A stretch of 63,994 bases of DNA, the filler included, from Stramenopiles sp. TOSAG23-2 (Eukaryota): NCBI GenBank assembly GCA_900128395.1. It is 3 parts of 3 records of this genome, joined end to end, with 100 filler letters (N's around TTAATTAATTAA, not from the genome) between each part and the next. Parts side by side here need not be neighbours in the genome. Positions count along the whole stretch, not along the records: positions 44,087 to 63,994 come from LT649569.1; 2 more parts are not named here. The stretch is one strand, 5' to 3'. Made by a program: the position numbers and the translations under genes. Below are positions 45,899-56,934 of the stretch, in pieces. The notes beneath the pieces are model-generated. The model saw only the letters and a program-made list of their open reading frames with translations. It was not told where the DNA came from and searched no databases. The stretch's first letter is position 1; each line of letters opens with the position of its first letter.

Positions 45899-48001
45899 AT
45901 GTCAAATAATAATAATGATTTAAAAAAAATATTGTCAAATAACTTTGAAAAAATAAAAGAATTTGTTGAAGAAAATACAATTGCTGTAGCAGCTGTAGGA
46001 GCCTTTGCAGTACTTGGTGGTATTTATTTATTAAAATCATCCAAGGTAAATGATGATGCTGAAATGGAAGATGGTGAAGGCATATTAGATGCATCTGGTA
46101 TGAAATTATCTATTAGAAACAATAATTCATCCTCATCATCAATAGAACCTTTGTCAGCACCACCTACTCCAAAAACTAAATCAGGTAAACGTCAAGCGGA
46201 AAAAGTATTAATTGAAGAATATGTTTTGATATGTAGAGAATACCTTCTAAAAGATGCGAAAAATTTGTTAAATGATAGTGATAAAGCGGACTTTCAACAA
46301 AAACGTCAGCTTATTGTTCATACATTACATAGTATTGATGGTCAAAACTCATTAAAACGTTTAAATGAAGCATTGGCTAATTCCTCTGGACCACCACCGC
46401 CGCCACCAGAACCGGAAGAATTATTAAATCAACGTTTGGTTCACAGAATGATGACTGATGAAAATTATCAAGTTGAAAAACCTCAATTATCAGCAATTAA
46501 ACAACATGTTTTAGCTCAAGCTAAAAGAGCATTTTGGGATTCAAAACGCCAAGCAATTTTAAGTGGTGATTATAATGCATTATTATCTGAAATTGAAGCA
46601 ATTATCTTAAAAATACCTGATTGTTGTTGTTTAAAACCAGAAAATGCAAATAGGTTAAGAGCTAAATTATTAGATCTAATTGATTTAAAATTTATACAAG
46701 ATCAATGCAAGCAAAATGTTTTTGGTATAAAAGAAGTACGTGGTTTGATCAATCAATTATATTCCGTTTTGATTAAAAGACAATCACCACAACGTGATGA
46801 AGCATCTAATGAATGGCATGAAAAAGCAATGGAAATGTTAATGAATAATAATAATAATAATGTTGATGAAATACTTGCAAATTCTGTACAATTTATAATT
46901 GAAGGTTTACATGAAATTATGGATAATATACGATTGGATCTTGTTAATTATATGATGGCAGGATTACGTGCAGGTTTAAAACAAGGAAGGGTTGGTATCG
47001 AGAAACAACGAGAATTATTTCAACGAAGATTAGATTCTGGAGAGGTTAAATTGAATAGTACGAAAGTTTGGTTAGCAAAAGCTATTGAAATAGAACTATC
47101 TCGTAAAGCGATTACGATTAGTGATTTAAAACAAGCAAATCCAAATGCATTTGAAAAATTACATCGGGCTGCAATATGTGATGTTTGCTTAGTTGATAAT
47201 GCATCATCAAGGAAAAATAATAATAATAACAACAACAACAGCAGCAATGAAAAAGGAGGCATGAAGCGAACTCCATTTTCACCAATTAAAAGTTCCATAT
47301 CAAAACAAGATGGTTTACCAGAGACATTAGAAGTTGAAATGGAAGATATTGAAAAAATTAGAAATTTATTAAAAGCAATTGTTGAATCTGCTACGATGAT
47401 GTTGAAAGCTAAATCATTTTTAGGTGCAAATCAAATGAAATTAAAAGTTGAAGATTTTAAAAAAATGCATGAATTTTTACATGAAATGAACGAAGATAAT
47501 GATGTGAAAGAAGAGGTATCGGCATATGGTGAAGATGGGCGTTATTCCTTATTAACAATCTCAGATCCAAATTCTGAAAAAGGTAGAAAAAAACGATTGG
47601 AATCTGCAGCTGCACTTGTAGCATCTGCATATGAACGTAAAATGATTGATGGTGGAACAGGGAAAAAGCTGACGGACGTTCAAAGAAAAACATTATTAAA
47701 TTTATTCATGCAAATGGTAGATGGGAATGACACAACATATAAAATGATGCATAAAATATTACGTCGTACGATACGTGAAATTGTTATTGATTCTGGAACC
47801 ATGAATATAGTTGAATTAAGTGCTAAAATTGAAAATGTATTACGAAAAAAATTTATTGGTGAAACAACAGGTACAGTATGCAAAATTGCAGTACAAATCA
47901 GAAAACTAGCAGCTCATAATATGGCTGTCCATGCAAGGACTTATAATAATTTAATCAAATTTGTATTTAATAAAATGCAAGTTCATATGGTGAAGAAATG
48001 A
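45899..48001 (+). CDS. T-complex protein 11 (TCP11/Sok1) family protein
   Basis: AKRAFWD, SPQRDE, RLDLVNY, LPETL and HNMAVH...Y motifs. First ATG at 45899. Confidence 0.8.
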   Translation: MSNNNNDLKKILSNNFEKIKEFVEENTIAVAAVGAFAVLGGIYLLKSSKVNDDAEMEDGEGILDASGMKLSIRNNNSSSSSIEPLSAPPTPKTKSGKRQAEKVLIEEYVLICREYLLKDAKNLLNDSDKADFQQKRQLIVHTLHSIDGQNSLKRLNEALANSSGPPPPPPEPEELLNQRLVHRMMTDENYQVEKPQLSAIKQHVLAQAKRAFWDSKRQAILSGDYNALLSEIEAIILKIPDCCCLKPENANRLRAKLLDLIDLKFIQDQCKQNVFGIKEVRGLINQLYSVLIKRQSPQRDEASNEWHEKAMEMLMNNNNNNVDEILANSVQFIIEGLHEIMDNIRLDLVNYMMAGLRAGLKQGRVGIEKQRELFQRRLDSGEVKLNSTKVWLAKAIEIELSRKAITISDLKQANPNAFEKLHRAAICDVCLVDNASSRKNNNNNNNNSSNEKGGMKRTPFSPIKSSISKQDGLPETLEVEMEDIEKIRNLLKAIVESATMMLKAKSFLGANQMKLKVEDFKKMHEFLHEMNEDNDVKEEVSAYGEDGRYSLLTISDPNSEKGRKKRLESAAALVASAYERKMIDGGTGKKLTDVQRKTLLNLFMQMVDGNDTTYKMMHKILRRTIREIVIDSGTMNIVELSAKIENVLRKKFIGETTGTVCKIAVQIRKLAAHNMAVHARTYNNLIKFVFNKMQVHMVKK

Positions 48002-48285
48002 AAAAGGATATAATAATAAAAATAAAATTTATTTATATTTTTATAAAAAATTATTTATTAGTAGCACTAAAAATATATAATAATTATTGAAAAAATATAA
48101 ATAAAATAAAACGGTACACTATTGTAGTAATGATAATAATAAAATACCTTACCAGTATATTTTTTTTTAATTGTTGTAAAAATGAACAACAAATAATAAA
48201 ATCACATATTTTTTATTAAAATGAATAATATAATTATAGATATAAATTTGGTAAAACATGAAAAACACACAAGATAAAGAACAAC

Positions 48286-49128
48286 ATGGATCGCTCCCCA
48301 TTTATTCCATACGATTCATCATATGATCACTTTGGTAAACATGGTCAAGAATTAATATATACCACCGTTTATAAAATATTTTTGCGTTTATTTTATGTAT
48401 TCATTTTAGATATATTAATAGGCATTGTACTTATGAGACTTGGTGGAAAAAGTAAAACAAATAGTAGCAATAATAATAGTGGAATTTTAAATCTATTTGA
48501 AAATTTACCAGGGCGTTGGTTTCTTTTACATGCATTTTGGAATGTTGGTATTGTATTAGGAACTTTAGAAGATTTTAAACGAACAATAGATAATCCTATT
48601 AATGCTTGTGATAAAACTTTGGAATATAATTTAGCGCCATCGTATCTTTCTATGGCATTACATTTATATCATTGTATTATTCCTTGGTATGCAAAAAGTT
48701 TAACTTTTCAAGATTTCATGCATCATATAGTTTTTGCAATTTGTGGTTTGGGGTCAATGTCTTTAGCATGGTCATGGGGCCCTGGAGCAAATTTTGCATT
48801 TTTTTTCTTAACTGGTTTTCCAGGAGGTGTTGATTATTTTATGTTAGCGATGGTAAAATTGAAAATTATGGATAGGATCACAGAAAAAAAATTAAATACA
48901 CTGATCAACACATGGTGCAGAGGTCCTGGTTGTGTAATATCAGCAGCATGGACATATAGCAATTATGTACAAGGAATAATGGAACCACCAGTATTTATAG
49001 TTATTTTACAAATGATTTTATTATTTGTAAATGGACAATATTATGCAACTAGAATTGCATTGAACTATCAAAAAGTTGTAACGACAGAGAAGTTAAGCCC
49101 AAAAAGAAATATTAGAAAGGGAAAGTAA
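48286..49128 (+). CDS. TLC-like multi-pass membrane protein
   Basis: RWFLLHA, LHLYH, DFMHH and TGFPGGVDY motifs; about 6 TM helices. Confidence 0.65.
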   Translation: MDRSPFIPYDSSYDHFGKHGQELIYTTVYKIFLRLFYVFILDILIGIVLMRLGGKSKTNSSNNNSGILNLFENLPGRWFLLHAFWNVGIVLGTLEDFKRTIDNPINACDKTLEYNLAPSYLSMALHLYHCIIPWYAKSLTFQDFMHHIVFAICGLGSMSLAWSWGPGANFAFFFLTGFPGGVDYFMLAMVKLKIMDRITEKKLNTLINTWCRGPGCVISAAWTYSNYVQGIMEPPVFIVILQMILLFVNGQYYATRIALNYQKVVTTEKLSPKRNIRKGK

Positions 49129-49470
49129 TTTATATTTATATCATATTATATAACTTAGATTTTAACCATCATATAATAATTTTACATTAATAAAAATAAA
49201 ATGTAAAATTTAAAATGTGTGTATTTTAATTAAGTTTTTACACACACACGCACGTACGCACTATTATAATAAGACAAAAACCTCAACCCCAATGAGGGCA
49301 ATTTTTGCATGGTAGTCCAATATTGTCTCCCTTCCATTTTTACTTTGGAAAAGTCGATGTATGGTTGCCCACAACACGTCCACAACTATGACAGACATCG
49401 CCGCGATTTGTATCGTCCATACACACGCACATTCTTCTTGACAAGAGAGTCTTGTCATCATACTTGAATA

Positions 49471-51069
49471 TTAACACAAATGGATATGAGCACAGATGGC
49501 TTCTTCATTCGTTTCGCCGGCCGCGATACTGCCACAGATACTGGCACAATAAGGAACGCACGGTTCACAGCCAGTCGCTGCACATGCGGCGCCACAGGCA
49601 CCACCGGCACCGGCAGCAATCAATCCTTTGACAGCTTCCTTGCAGACGGAGCAAACACCAAGTTCTGAATTAACGCTAGTAGTGGTAGCAAACATTTCTT
49701 TCATATCCAATTTTACAAATTGTCGATCAAATGCTTTTAACGGACCTGTTTCACTACTTCCTCTTGCATTTGCTACAAACATATTCATATTTGTCAAATC
49801 ACTAATTACAACATGTAAATCACCAGTTTGTACTATTGGTACTACATTTTTCACTGTATTTTCTGGTGTTAATTTACCATGGTATGCTTTCAATTGACGA
49901 TGCAATACAACGCTGTAACCAGGACATAACCAATCCATACCATAATATACCATATTTGGTATTCTTGCATGCCATGTATCATTCTTTGGTAACATATTTG
50001 TATCATCAAAGAAATTAGCAACACTATGTGAATATTGGATCCCACGGAATGGTGCACTTGATTTATTTTGTTGTGGTTTACCATCACCGACACCTAAAAT
50101 TAAATCGCATGTACGATGTGCATTTTTAATATGATTAATTGAATCATCTAACGTATTATCAAATTGTAAAATATCTCTTAAAAGAAATGTAAATGGAACA
50201 CCTTCTCTAGATTCTTTACCAAATGATTTATCAGGAAAGGATACACCAATTTCACTAATAGCCATTTGTTTGGAGGAAATACCACTAATACTACCAATCC
50301 ATCCTGTCCAACCAACATTTGCAAATGAATGTCCTTCCGTCGTCGTTGACAATGTATGGCCGTCGTCTTCATCATCATCTGCATGATATACGGTTACTTG
50401 TGGATAATCTTGAAACGGTCCATCCGTATCCCAATCCAATGCACGTAATTGCAATGTTGCCCCACTTGCCGTTGCAGCACCCCATGCACCATACATACTA
50501 CAATGTCCTTGCGTTAATTCACCTATCATATGTACACGTCGTATATATTTCTCATCAACACCTGATCCATCTGCAAGTCCTTTCATCTCATCTTTGAACC
50601 ATTGACCTGTATATTTTTCTGTTACATCATACGTTAAATCAAGGGCGACACCTAATCCAACCTTCGCAATCCATTTGGCTATACCTTTTGGTAGCCAAGG
50701 AACAGAGCCATTTACAGCTTGTAATATAGTTTGTTCAAAATATGGATAAACCCGTGCATAAAACGCTGCAGTATCATTTTTCATTAATAAACCATGTGCA
50801 TAACCACGTTGATATGCATTGCCCCAAAGATGTACTACGCTGATTTGATCTTCACCATCACCTACATGATATAATGATGCATTGGTCACACTTTTCACAA
50901 AAGTTGGTGCAGAAGTATAAATATGATTTAAGTTTGGTTGTGCGTTTGGTTTTGGAGCACCTGTACACCGGCTACCATGTACACCATTATAATTATTTAT
51001 AATTATTACAAATACATATACAATAATATAAATACTTATATTCGATCTTTCTTTTCCCCAAGTGTTCAT
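49471..51069 (-). CDS. Acid-ceramidase-like (dcd1/C45-type) Ntn hydrolase with C-terminal saposin-like domain
   Basis: Signal sequence, GYAHG, GHCSMYGAWG (candidate nucleophile Cys), RALDWD, GVPFTFLLRDILQF; tail CSVC...ICAHIHLC. Confidence 0.8.
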   Translation of the reverse strand: MNTWGKERSNISIYIIVYVFVIIINNYNGVHGSRCTGAPKPNAQPNLNHIYTSAPTFVKSVTNASLYHVGDGEDQISVVHLWGNAYQRGYAHGLLMKNDTAAFYARVYPYFEQTILQAVNGSVPWLPKGIAKWIAKVGLGVALDLTYDVTEKYTGQWFKDEMKGLADGSGVDEKYIRRVHMIGELTQGHCSMYGAWGAATASGATLQLRALDWDTDGPFQDYPQVTVYHADDDEDDGHTLSTTTEGHSFANVGWTGWIGSISGISSKQMAISEIGVSFPDKSFGKESREGVPFTFLLRDILQFDNTLDDSINHIKNAHRTCDLILGVGDGKPQQNKSSAPFRGIQYSHSVANFFDDTNMLPKNDTWHARIPNMVYYGMDWLCPGYSVVLHRQLKAYHGKLTPENTVKNVVPIVQTGDLHVVISDLTNMNMFVANARGSSETGPLKAFDRQFVKLDMKEMFATTTSVNSELGVCSVCKEAVKGLIAAGAGGACGAACAATGCEPCVPYCASICGSIAAGETNEEAICAHIHLC

Positions 51070-52007
51070 CGGAATATTTGTAAATTTTTGTTTTGTTTTT
51101 TAATATAGAATTATAGTTAGTATCTATCTATCTAATAATTCTTTTACGTTGGATGAGTATGTGAAATATATATATAATGAACTAAAATATTAGTAGTTTA
51201 TTCAACAATATATATAATTTTCTACCTTGTAAATGCATGCTAATTCGAGAATAATTACGTCTTCTTACAAGGAAAATTTGCTGAAATCGTTAATTCTTTT
51301 AAAAAAATATATTAAGTATATATATTTGTATACTAATAGTTTTATCAAATCAAACAGTAATCTTAGTATACTATTATATATACTTAATATATATTTTAAA
51401 AAAAGTATGAACGATTTTTTCAGAATTTTTCCTTGTGCTAAGAAGAGGGTAACCTGAGAGAAAAAGCATTGTCATTTTGATAGCTGCCAGATAGGTGCAC
51501 AGGTGAAGGAATGAGTATTTTTTCATTTTTTGTGATACTATACATTCTAATATTTAAATTTCCATTCTCTCTGTTTCTTCCTTTTACTCTTTCAAGTATA
51601 AATTATGTTTCATTTGATAGGTGAATCGAAGAATGAGTTATTTTTTTTTGAGATTCTAATTTCCCATTCCTGCCATTCAAGTATAAATATTTTTTTTTTC
51701 AGATAGAAAAAATATCGACATCCAAATTCCAAAAATGACATTACTGATTTTAGTTAAAATTTGAGTGAAAAATATCTCAATTAAAAACTAATAATATTAT
51801 TATTTAAATGACTAAATTTACTAAAACGACAAATAACTTGAAAGATTAAATTATTTAATCTAATAATATCCGAAAATATACGCATCTCGTAAAATAAAAA
51901 TACTCTCCGATTATCAGGATGATGGTAGGATAGATATAGAATTAGAATCTATATCCTTTATTCAATAATAATAATAATAATAATAGATATACAGAAAGAA
52001 ACAATCA

Positions 52008-52045
<38 letters not shown>

Positions 52046-52078
52046 TCATACATATACAATTTCATTTATTATATCAAT

Positions 52079-55000
52079 ATGTCTGAAACAACAACAACAA
52101 CAACTACTACTGTATCACCGGATGCAACCACCCCATCTACCCCTTCATCATCCTTTGCATATATAAAAAAAGCAAAATTAATGTTATGTGATAATAATAT
52201 TGCTACAAGATGTAATGCACTCAAAGGCATGTATATTTTGTGTGATGAGCGAGATATTATCTCTTACATGTTTAAGCATAGGTATGATATATTAATTGTA
52301 CGTGAGCTTGAAGGAACTGCATCATCAAGTGAAGAAAAGTTATTAGCATTACATCTTATTGAGAAAATTATAGACGTTGCACCGGAATTGGTTTCAAAAG
52401 ATATTGCCAATTCACTTGCTGCTGTAGGCTCGTACAAAAAAGACGAATGTAGAATACAAGCCTTGGCTACATTAAGGACGCTCACTTTAAAAAATCCTGA
52501 TGTTGTATCTAAAACATTTGGATTTATAACATTATCTAATGCTGTATTAGATAAAGAATGCAAAAATTTAAAAGCAAGTATTATATTAACCATGTTACAA
52601 CTAGCCGATTCGCCAAAAATAAGGAATGTATTTCCATATCGAAATATTATCATGCATATGTACGCACCTTTGTTGCAAATAGATGCGCCAAACGCGGAAG
52701 AGACACTGAAAAATTGGGAAAATGCTGCACATAATGTTGAAATTATGTTACGAACATATAGTGGTATCTATTTATTAACATCCAATGTTACCAATGGTTT
52801 AAGTGCTATTGTAAATTTATTATGTCAACCAGTAGATGTAAAATTAAAACATATAATATTGAAATTATTATCAAGAGTGATCTCATTCCATACGACAAAG
52901 ATCAAATCATCATATAAAAATGGAAAGAAGGATAATTATAATGGGTCCAACGAGTTAAGAAATAATAAGTCCTCTTCATCTTTTTTCTTGGATGATAGCG
53001 ATGACGATGATTTTTCAATGCCATCTAACTTGGATAACGTAGATAAACAAATGAAGAAAAATAAAAATAATGCGGGAGATGATGAAATGAATGAAATATT
53101 GCAACAATATTGGACTCGTGATGTAAATGATTTACGTGGAAAAAATATGTTGGATACATATCATGGTGTACTATTATTAGCATTTTTCCATGTAGGGTTA
53201 GTACCAGTACTTTTGGATGTTGCTAGTTCCTTTGATAATGAAGATGTATCCATTTTAGCAAATAGTGTATTAGCTACGTACATAAATTGTAGTGAACAAA
53301 TTTTATCAAGGAATCAAAATAAACAAATAATATCAATGACATCAATGATTCAACGAATGCAGCAAATGAATAGTAATAATAATAACAATAATAATATGAT
53401 AAGTAATGTTGATAGTATGAATATACAAAATATGCGATCGATGAGTTTGTTGAAAAGTTTATCATACAAAACTGGCTTAGGTATCTATCGTTCCCAAATT
53501 ATCAATACACATTACATGATGAATATGAATACATTTTTTAATTTAGCAAATAATATTCGCATATCCAATCGCAGCGTAGATCCAGCTTTTAAATTAATAG
53601 GTGAGACGCAAAGGCAAGATTGTCTATGTGTACAAACGACAAATGGTGTTTTAACTCCTGGAGATCATAAACAAATTGGATATTATATAAAACAAAAAAA
53701 GAACATGGCGAAGTCATATTCCACAGTTGAAGATCAATTAAAAAAATCACGTGTCATTCAAACAAAGGAAGTTTTTGATTGGAGCTGGCTTGATGTAGCA
53801 GGATTATTTGATGGTTCCTTACAAAATCAAAAGCATTTAAAAACAACAATGAGATCGCACGGTAAATTTATAAAAAGAGTTGCAGGGTTTTATCGTGTTA
53901 CTGGCGATAGTAAAGCTTACTTTGCCCGTTTAAATTGGGCACAAGAGCATATGCCATATGTTTCAATTTTAACGAAACTGATGGGACTATTGATGGAATC
54001 CGATCACGGGATAGAATTCATAGAGGATGATAGACGAGGTAAAATATTAATGCAAATTGTTGCAGAATTGACGGCACTAACGGAAAATAAGCCACTGGCA
54101 TCAAGAGAAAGTAATGCAAGTAATAGTTCAAGAGGAGGTTCATCTCGAGTTATAGCTCGTCATAGCGCGAAATTGCCTGAATTTTTTTTTAGTAGATATA
54201 ATATAAACAAAACTATGGTGAGAGAATATTTTACTTTGATCGGTTTTCTTAGCTCTACTATGAAAGGCGAGCAGAAGTTAACAGAGACAGGACTGTTTAA
54301 AATCGGAACCATCTTAGCAATGAATTCTAAATTTGACTATATTAGTCGTTTGCTTATTTCCAATATTGATATAACACGTGTGGGCACACCTGCACAAAAT
54401 GCATATGTTGATAATATATTGGGAAATGCACTCATGAAGCCATCTGTAGTATCTACTGATTTAATGGTTCATACTTTATATGTGATTGGATGGTCCCTTC
54501 TATCACGTGCAGCAAATTCTAGTATTTGGGGGATGGAAAAATTACATCAAATGTTAGAGTCACCATTTACAGAATGTGTGAAAGTCTCGTTAGATATTTT
54601 AAATCGTGTTTTAAAAATAAGTGCAGACGACAGCAATCTTAAGATGTTCATTGAATTGCTTGAAAATAATAAGCATGTACAAAATGATAAGGAAAAAGCT
54701 AAGAAATATTTTGAACTCTTTAGTGAAAATAATCTTCTTTGCAAAATACTTAGTTTAGAAAGTGGTTTTAAATATGCAAAAAGTGTTGGTTGGCTTGACT
54801 TTATTTTGCTTAAGTACAAGGAAATACCTGCTATACATAATGATTCGTTCGTTTTTGATCGTGAAATCGATATGTTTAATAGCTTCATGCCAGATGATGT
54901 CTTAAATGCTGCACAACCACCAGATATAGAAAGCTTGTTGGAAGAAACTGCTAAAGAAAATTCGTCTGATTCATTTGGAAGCAGATTATCATTCGACAAG

Positions 55001-56710
55001 AAGAACAAAGAACGTCCAACACCATTTGAATTCACTGGCCCTTGGACACAGAAAGATGGAGATAGGGGTTATGCATCAAAAACGTTAAATTGGTTTACTA
55101 GATTGCCATGGCATATAAATACTGTCGTTACGGATAAACATGGTCAAGTAAATATTGATTCAGACTCTACGTATAACTGTAAAAATGGCTATTTGTCTTC
55201 ATTATCACATGATAATGGAAATTTCCTTGTCATTGAAAGTATCTTTTTAGATGAATATGGAAATCGAACATCAATTGAAGTGAAAGAGAGTAAATCTATA
55301 TCAGTGAATCTAAGAATAGGATTGTATGAGATTGATAATGATGGATTTTTACATTTGAATTCAAATGCCTCAAGGAATATACATTCTATATCTGCTGGCA
55401 ACGGGAATAACAGTAGTGGAGGTGGCAATAATAATGACAGTCCAAATGGCAATAGCAACAATAATAATACGACTGGTATGGTTAGAAACACTAGATCATC
55501 ATTTACGTCAATTGAGGATATGCCAATGATAGCCCAAATTAAAGAAAGTAGGCGCAATTTGATGGGTGGACGACCATCAAGTCCAAGTACTGCAAAAAAT
55601 AGACTACGTTCTCAAAGCTCCAGTCTTGATGATGATTCATTTGGCGAGGATGATGAGGGTTATGTAGAAACAATGGAAACATTATCACTTTCAACTTTGG
55701 AAAAGCATTTAGAACAGCTGAAATTAAGTGAAGATATACTTGCGGAATATGAATCATGTCGAAATATACAGATAGATCATAATCACGGCCAATGGTATTT
55801 AAGTTATGTTGCTGAAGATAGAATGTGGCATTTAACTGGCATATCATTTTATGTGTCTTTAAAACCTGGATTAGATTTACACGTTGCTTTCCCCACCCAT
55901 ATTATTGAAGGTTTGTGTCGAACGGAAAAAGGTTTAGAATTTCTCTTTGATAATATTATAGACTTTGAAACATTATGTAAAAATGCGTTTGATCAAAATG
56001 TAAATTTAAAAAATCAACGTTTTGCACTTTGGACCATCGGATATATGGGATGCTCTGATGATGGTCTTGAACACTTGACTAATTTTAATCGGCGCAATGC
56101 AATAAAAGAACTATTGGCATTAGCAACAACTTCAAAGTACATATCCGTCCGTAGCACATGCTTATATGTAATTGGTTTAATGTCTTCATTTAAAGGTGCA
56201 AGAACAGCTTTACGTCTCAATGGCTGGGATATGGCTGATCAGGAATATACGTCATCCTGTTTACCAACAAATTCAAAAGCATATTTTAATTTAAATTTCT
56301 CAAATAGTGGGGAAAAAAATAAAACAGTAAACTCTGATGTAACGATGGAAGCGGAAGAGGAAGAGAAAAAACTGATTGAAAAGAAGGCCCTGTTGTCATC
56401 ATCTCCAAATTTTAATCTTTTATACACTTCGTTGATAGAATTAACAAATCCTTTATCATCAAAAGCTGCACTAAAGAAAGTAAAAGAATTGCGAACGAAG
56501 CATCCAAATTTATTTTCATCACCTGATATGTTTTTAGCCTCATATGAAATATTATCAACGTATCGATTTCAATTGCATGTAAGAAGATACATCCATGATA
56601 TTTTTAAAATTGGACTTGAGAATTTTTCGAAATTGGAAAAAAATGGAAGTATTGCGGATGGTCTAAAAATAGAGAAAATCGAGGAAGTGGAAGAAGATGG
56701 TGGTGTGTAA
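52079..56710 (+). CDS. RICTOR: RICTOR/AVO3 (TORC2 subunit)
   Basis: 1543-aa armadillo-like protein; DWSW, VREYFTLIGFLS, ALWTIGYMGCS...SVRSTCLYVIGLMS...LRLNGW, and YRFQLHVRRYI. Confidence 0.88.
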   Translation: MSETTTTTTTTVSPDATTPSTPSSSFAYIKKAKLMLCDNNIATRCNALKGMYILCDERDIISYMFKHRYDILIVRELEGTASSSEEKLLALHLIEKIIDVAPELVSKDIANSLAAVGSYKKDECRIQALATLRTLTLKNPDVVSKTFGFITLSNAVLDKECKNLKASIILTMLQLADSPKIRNVFPYRNIIMHMYAPLLQIDAPNAEETLKNWENAAHNVEIMLRTYSGIYLLTSNVTNGLSAIVNLLCQPVDVKLKHIILKLLSRVISFHTTKIKSSYKNGKKDNYNGSNELRNNKSSSSFFLDDSDDDDFSMPSNLDNVDKQMKKNKNNAGDDEMNEILQQYWTRDVNDLRGKNMLDTYHGVLLLAFFHVGLVPVLLDVASSFDNEDVSILANSVLATYINCSEQILSRNQNKQIISMTSMIQRMQQMNSNNNNNNNMISNVDSMNIQNMRSMSLLKSLSYKTGLGIYRSQIINTHYMMNMNTFFNLANNIRISNRSVDPAFKLIGETQRQDCLCVQTTNGVLTPGDHKQIGYYIKQKKNMAKSYSTVEDQLKKSRVIQTKEVFDWSWLDVAGLFDGSLQNQKHLKTTMRSHGKFIKRVAGFYRVTGDSKAYFARLNWAQEHMPYVSILTKLMGLLMESDHGIEFIEDDRRGKILMQIVAELTALTENKPLASRESNASNSSRGGSSRVIARHSAKLPEFFFSRYNINKTMVREYFTLIGFLSSTMKGEQKLTETGLFKIGTILAMNSKFDYISRLLISNIDITRVGTPAQNAYVDNILGNALMKPSVVSTDLMVHTLYVIGWSLLSRAANSSIWGMEKLHQMLESPFTECVKVSLDILNRVLKISADDSNLKMFIELLENNKHVQNDKEKAKKYFELFSENNLLCKILSLESGFKYAKSVGWLDFILLKYKEIPAIHNDSFVFDREIDMFNSFMPDDVLNAAQPPDIESLLEETAKENSSDSFGSRLSFDKKNKERPTPFEFTGPWTQKDGDRGYASKTLNWFTRLPWHINTVVTDKHGQVNIDSDSTYNCKNGYLSSLSHDNGNFLVIESIFLDEYGNRTSIEVKESKSISVNLRIGLYEIDNDGFLHLNSNASRNIHSISAGNGNNSSGGGNNNDSPNGNSNNNNTTGMVRNTRSSFTSIEDMPMIAQIKESRRNLMGGRPSSPSTAKNRLRSQSSSLDDDSFGEDDEGYVETMETLSLSTLEKHLEQLKLSEDILAEYESCRNIQIDHNHGQWYLSYVAEDRMWHLTGISFYVSLKPGLDLHVAFPTHIIEGLCRTEKGLEFLFDNIIDFETLCKNAFDQNVNLKNQRFALWTIGYMGCSDDGLEHLTNFNRRNAIKELLALATTSKYISVRSTCLYVIGLMSSFKGARTALRLNGWDMADQEYTSSCLPTNSKAYFNLNFSNSGEKNKTVNSDVTMEAEEEEKKLIEKKALLSSSPNFNLLYTSLIELTNPLSSKAALKKVKELRTKHPNLFSSPDMFLASYEILSTYRFQLHVRRYIHDIFKIGLENFSKLEKNGSIADGLKIEKIEEVEEDGGV

Positions 56711-56934
56711 AACTTTTTATACGAACACCGTGTGTGTACATCATACATATATATATGTGTGTATATTTCGTATGCGAATCGTAGTACGTATTAATAAAAT
56801 CTTTAAATTATTTAAGTATCATTATATCATATGATATGATAAGAGAATTATTAAAATTATACGAAATATATGATATGATATATTGTATGATATGTCATAC
56901 ACCACTATCATCACAATTTACGTTTTGCAGTTCC

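Noticed and set aside
49264-49461. 65-aa ORF downstream of the ceramidase-like gene
   Set aside because: No recognisable motif; it starts 10 bp after the upstream stop and is probably 3' UTR.
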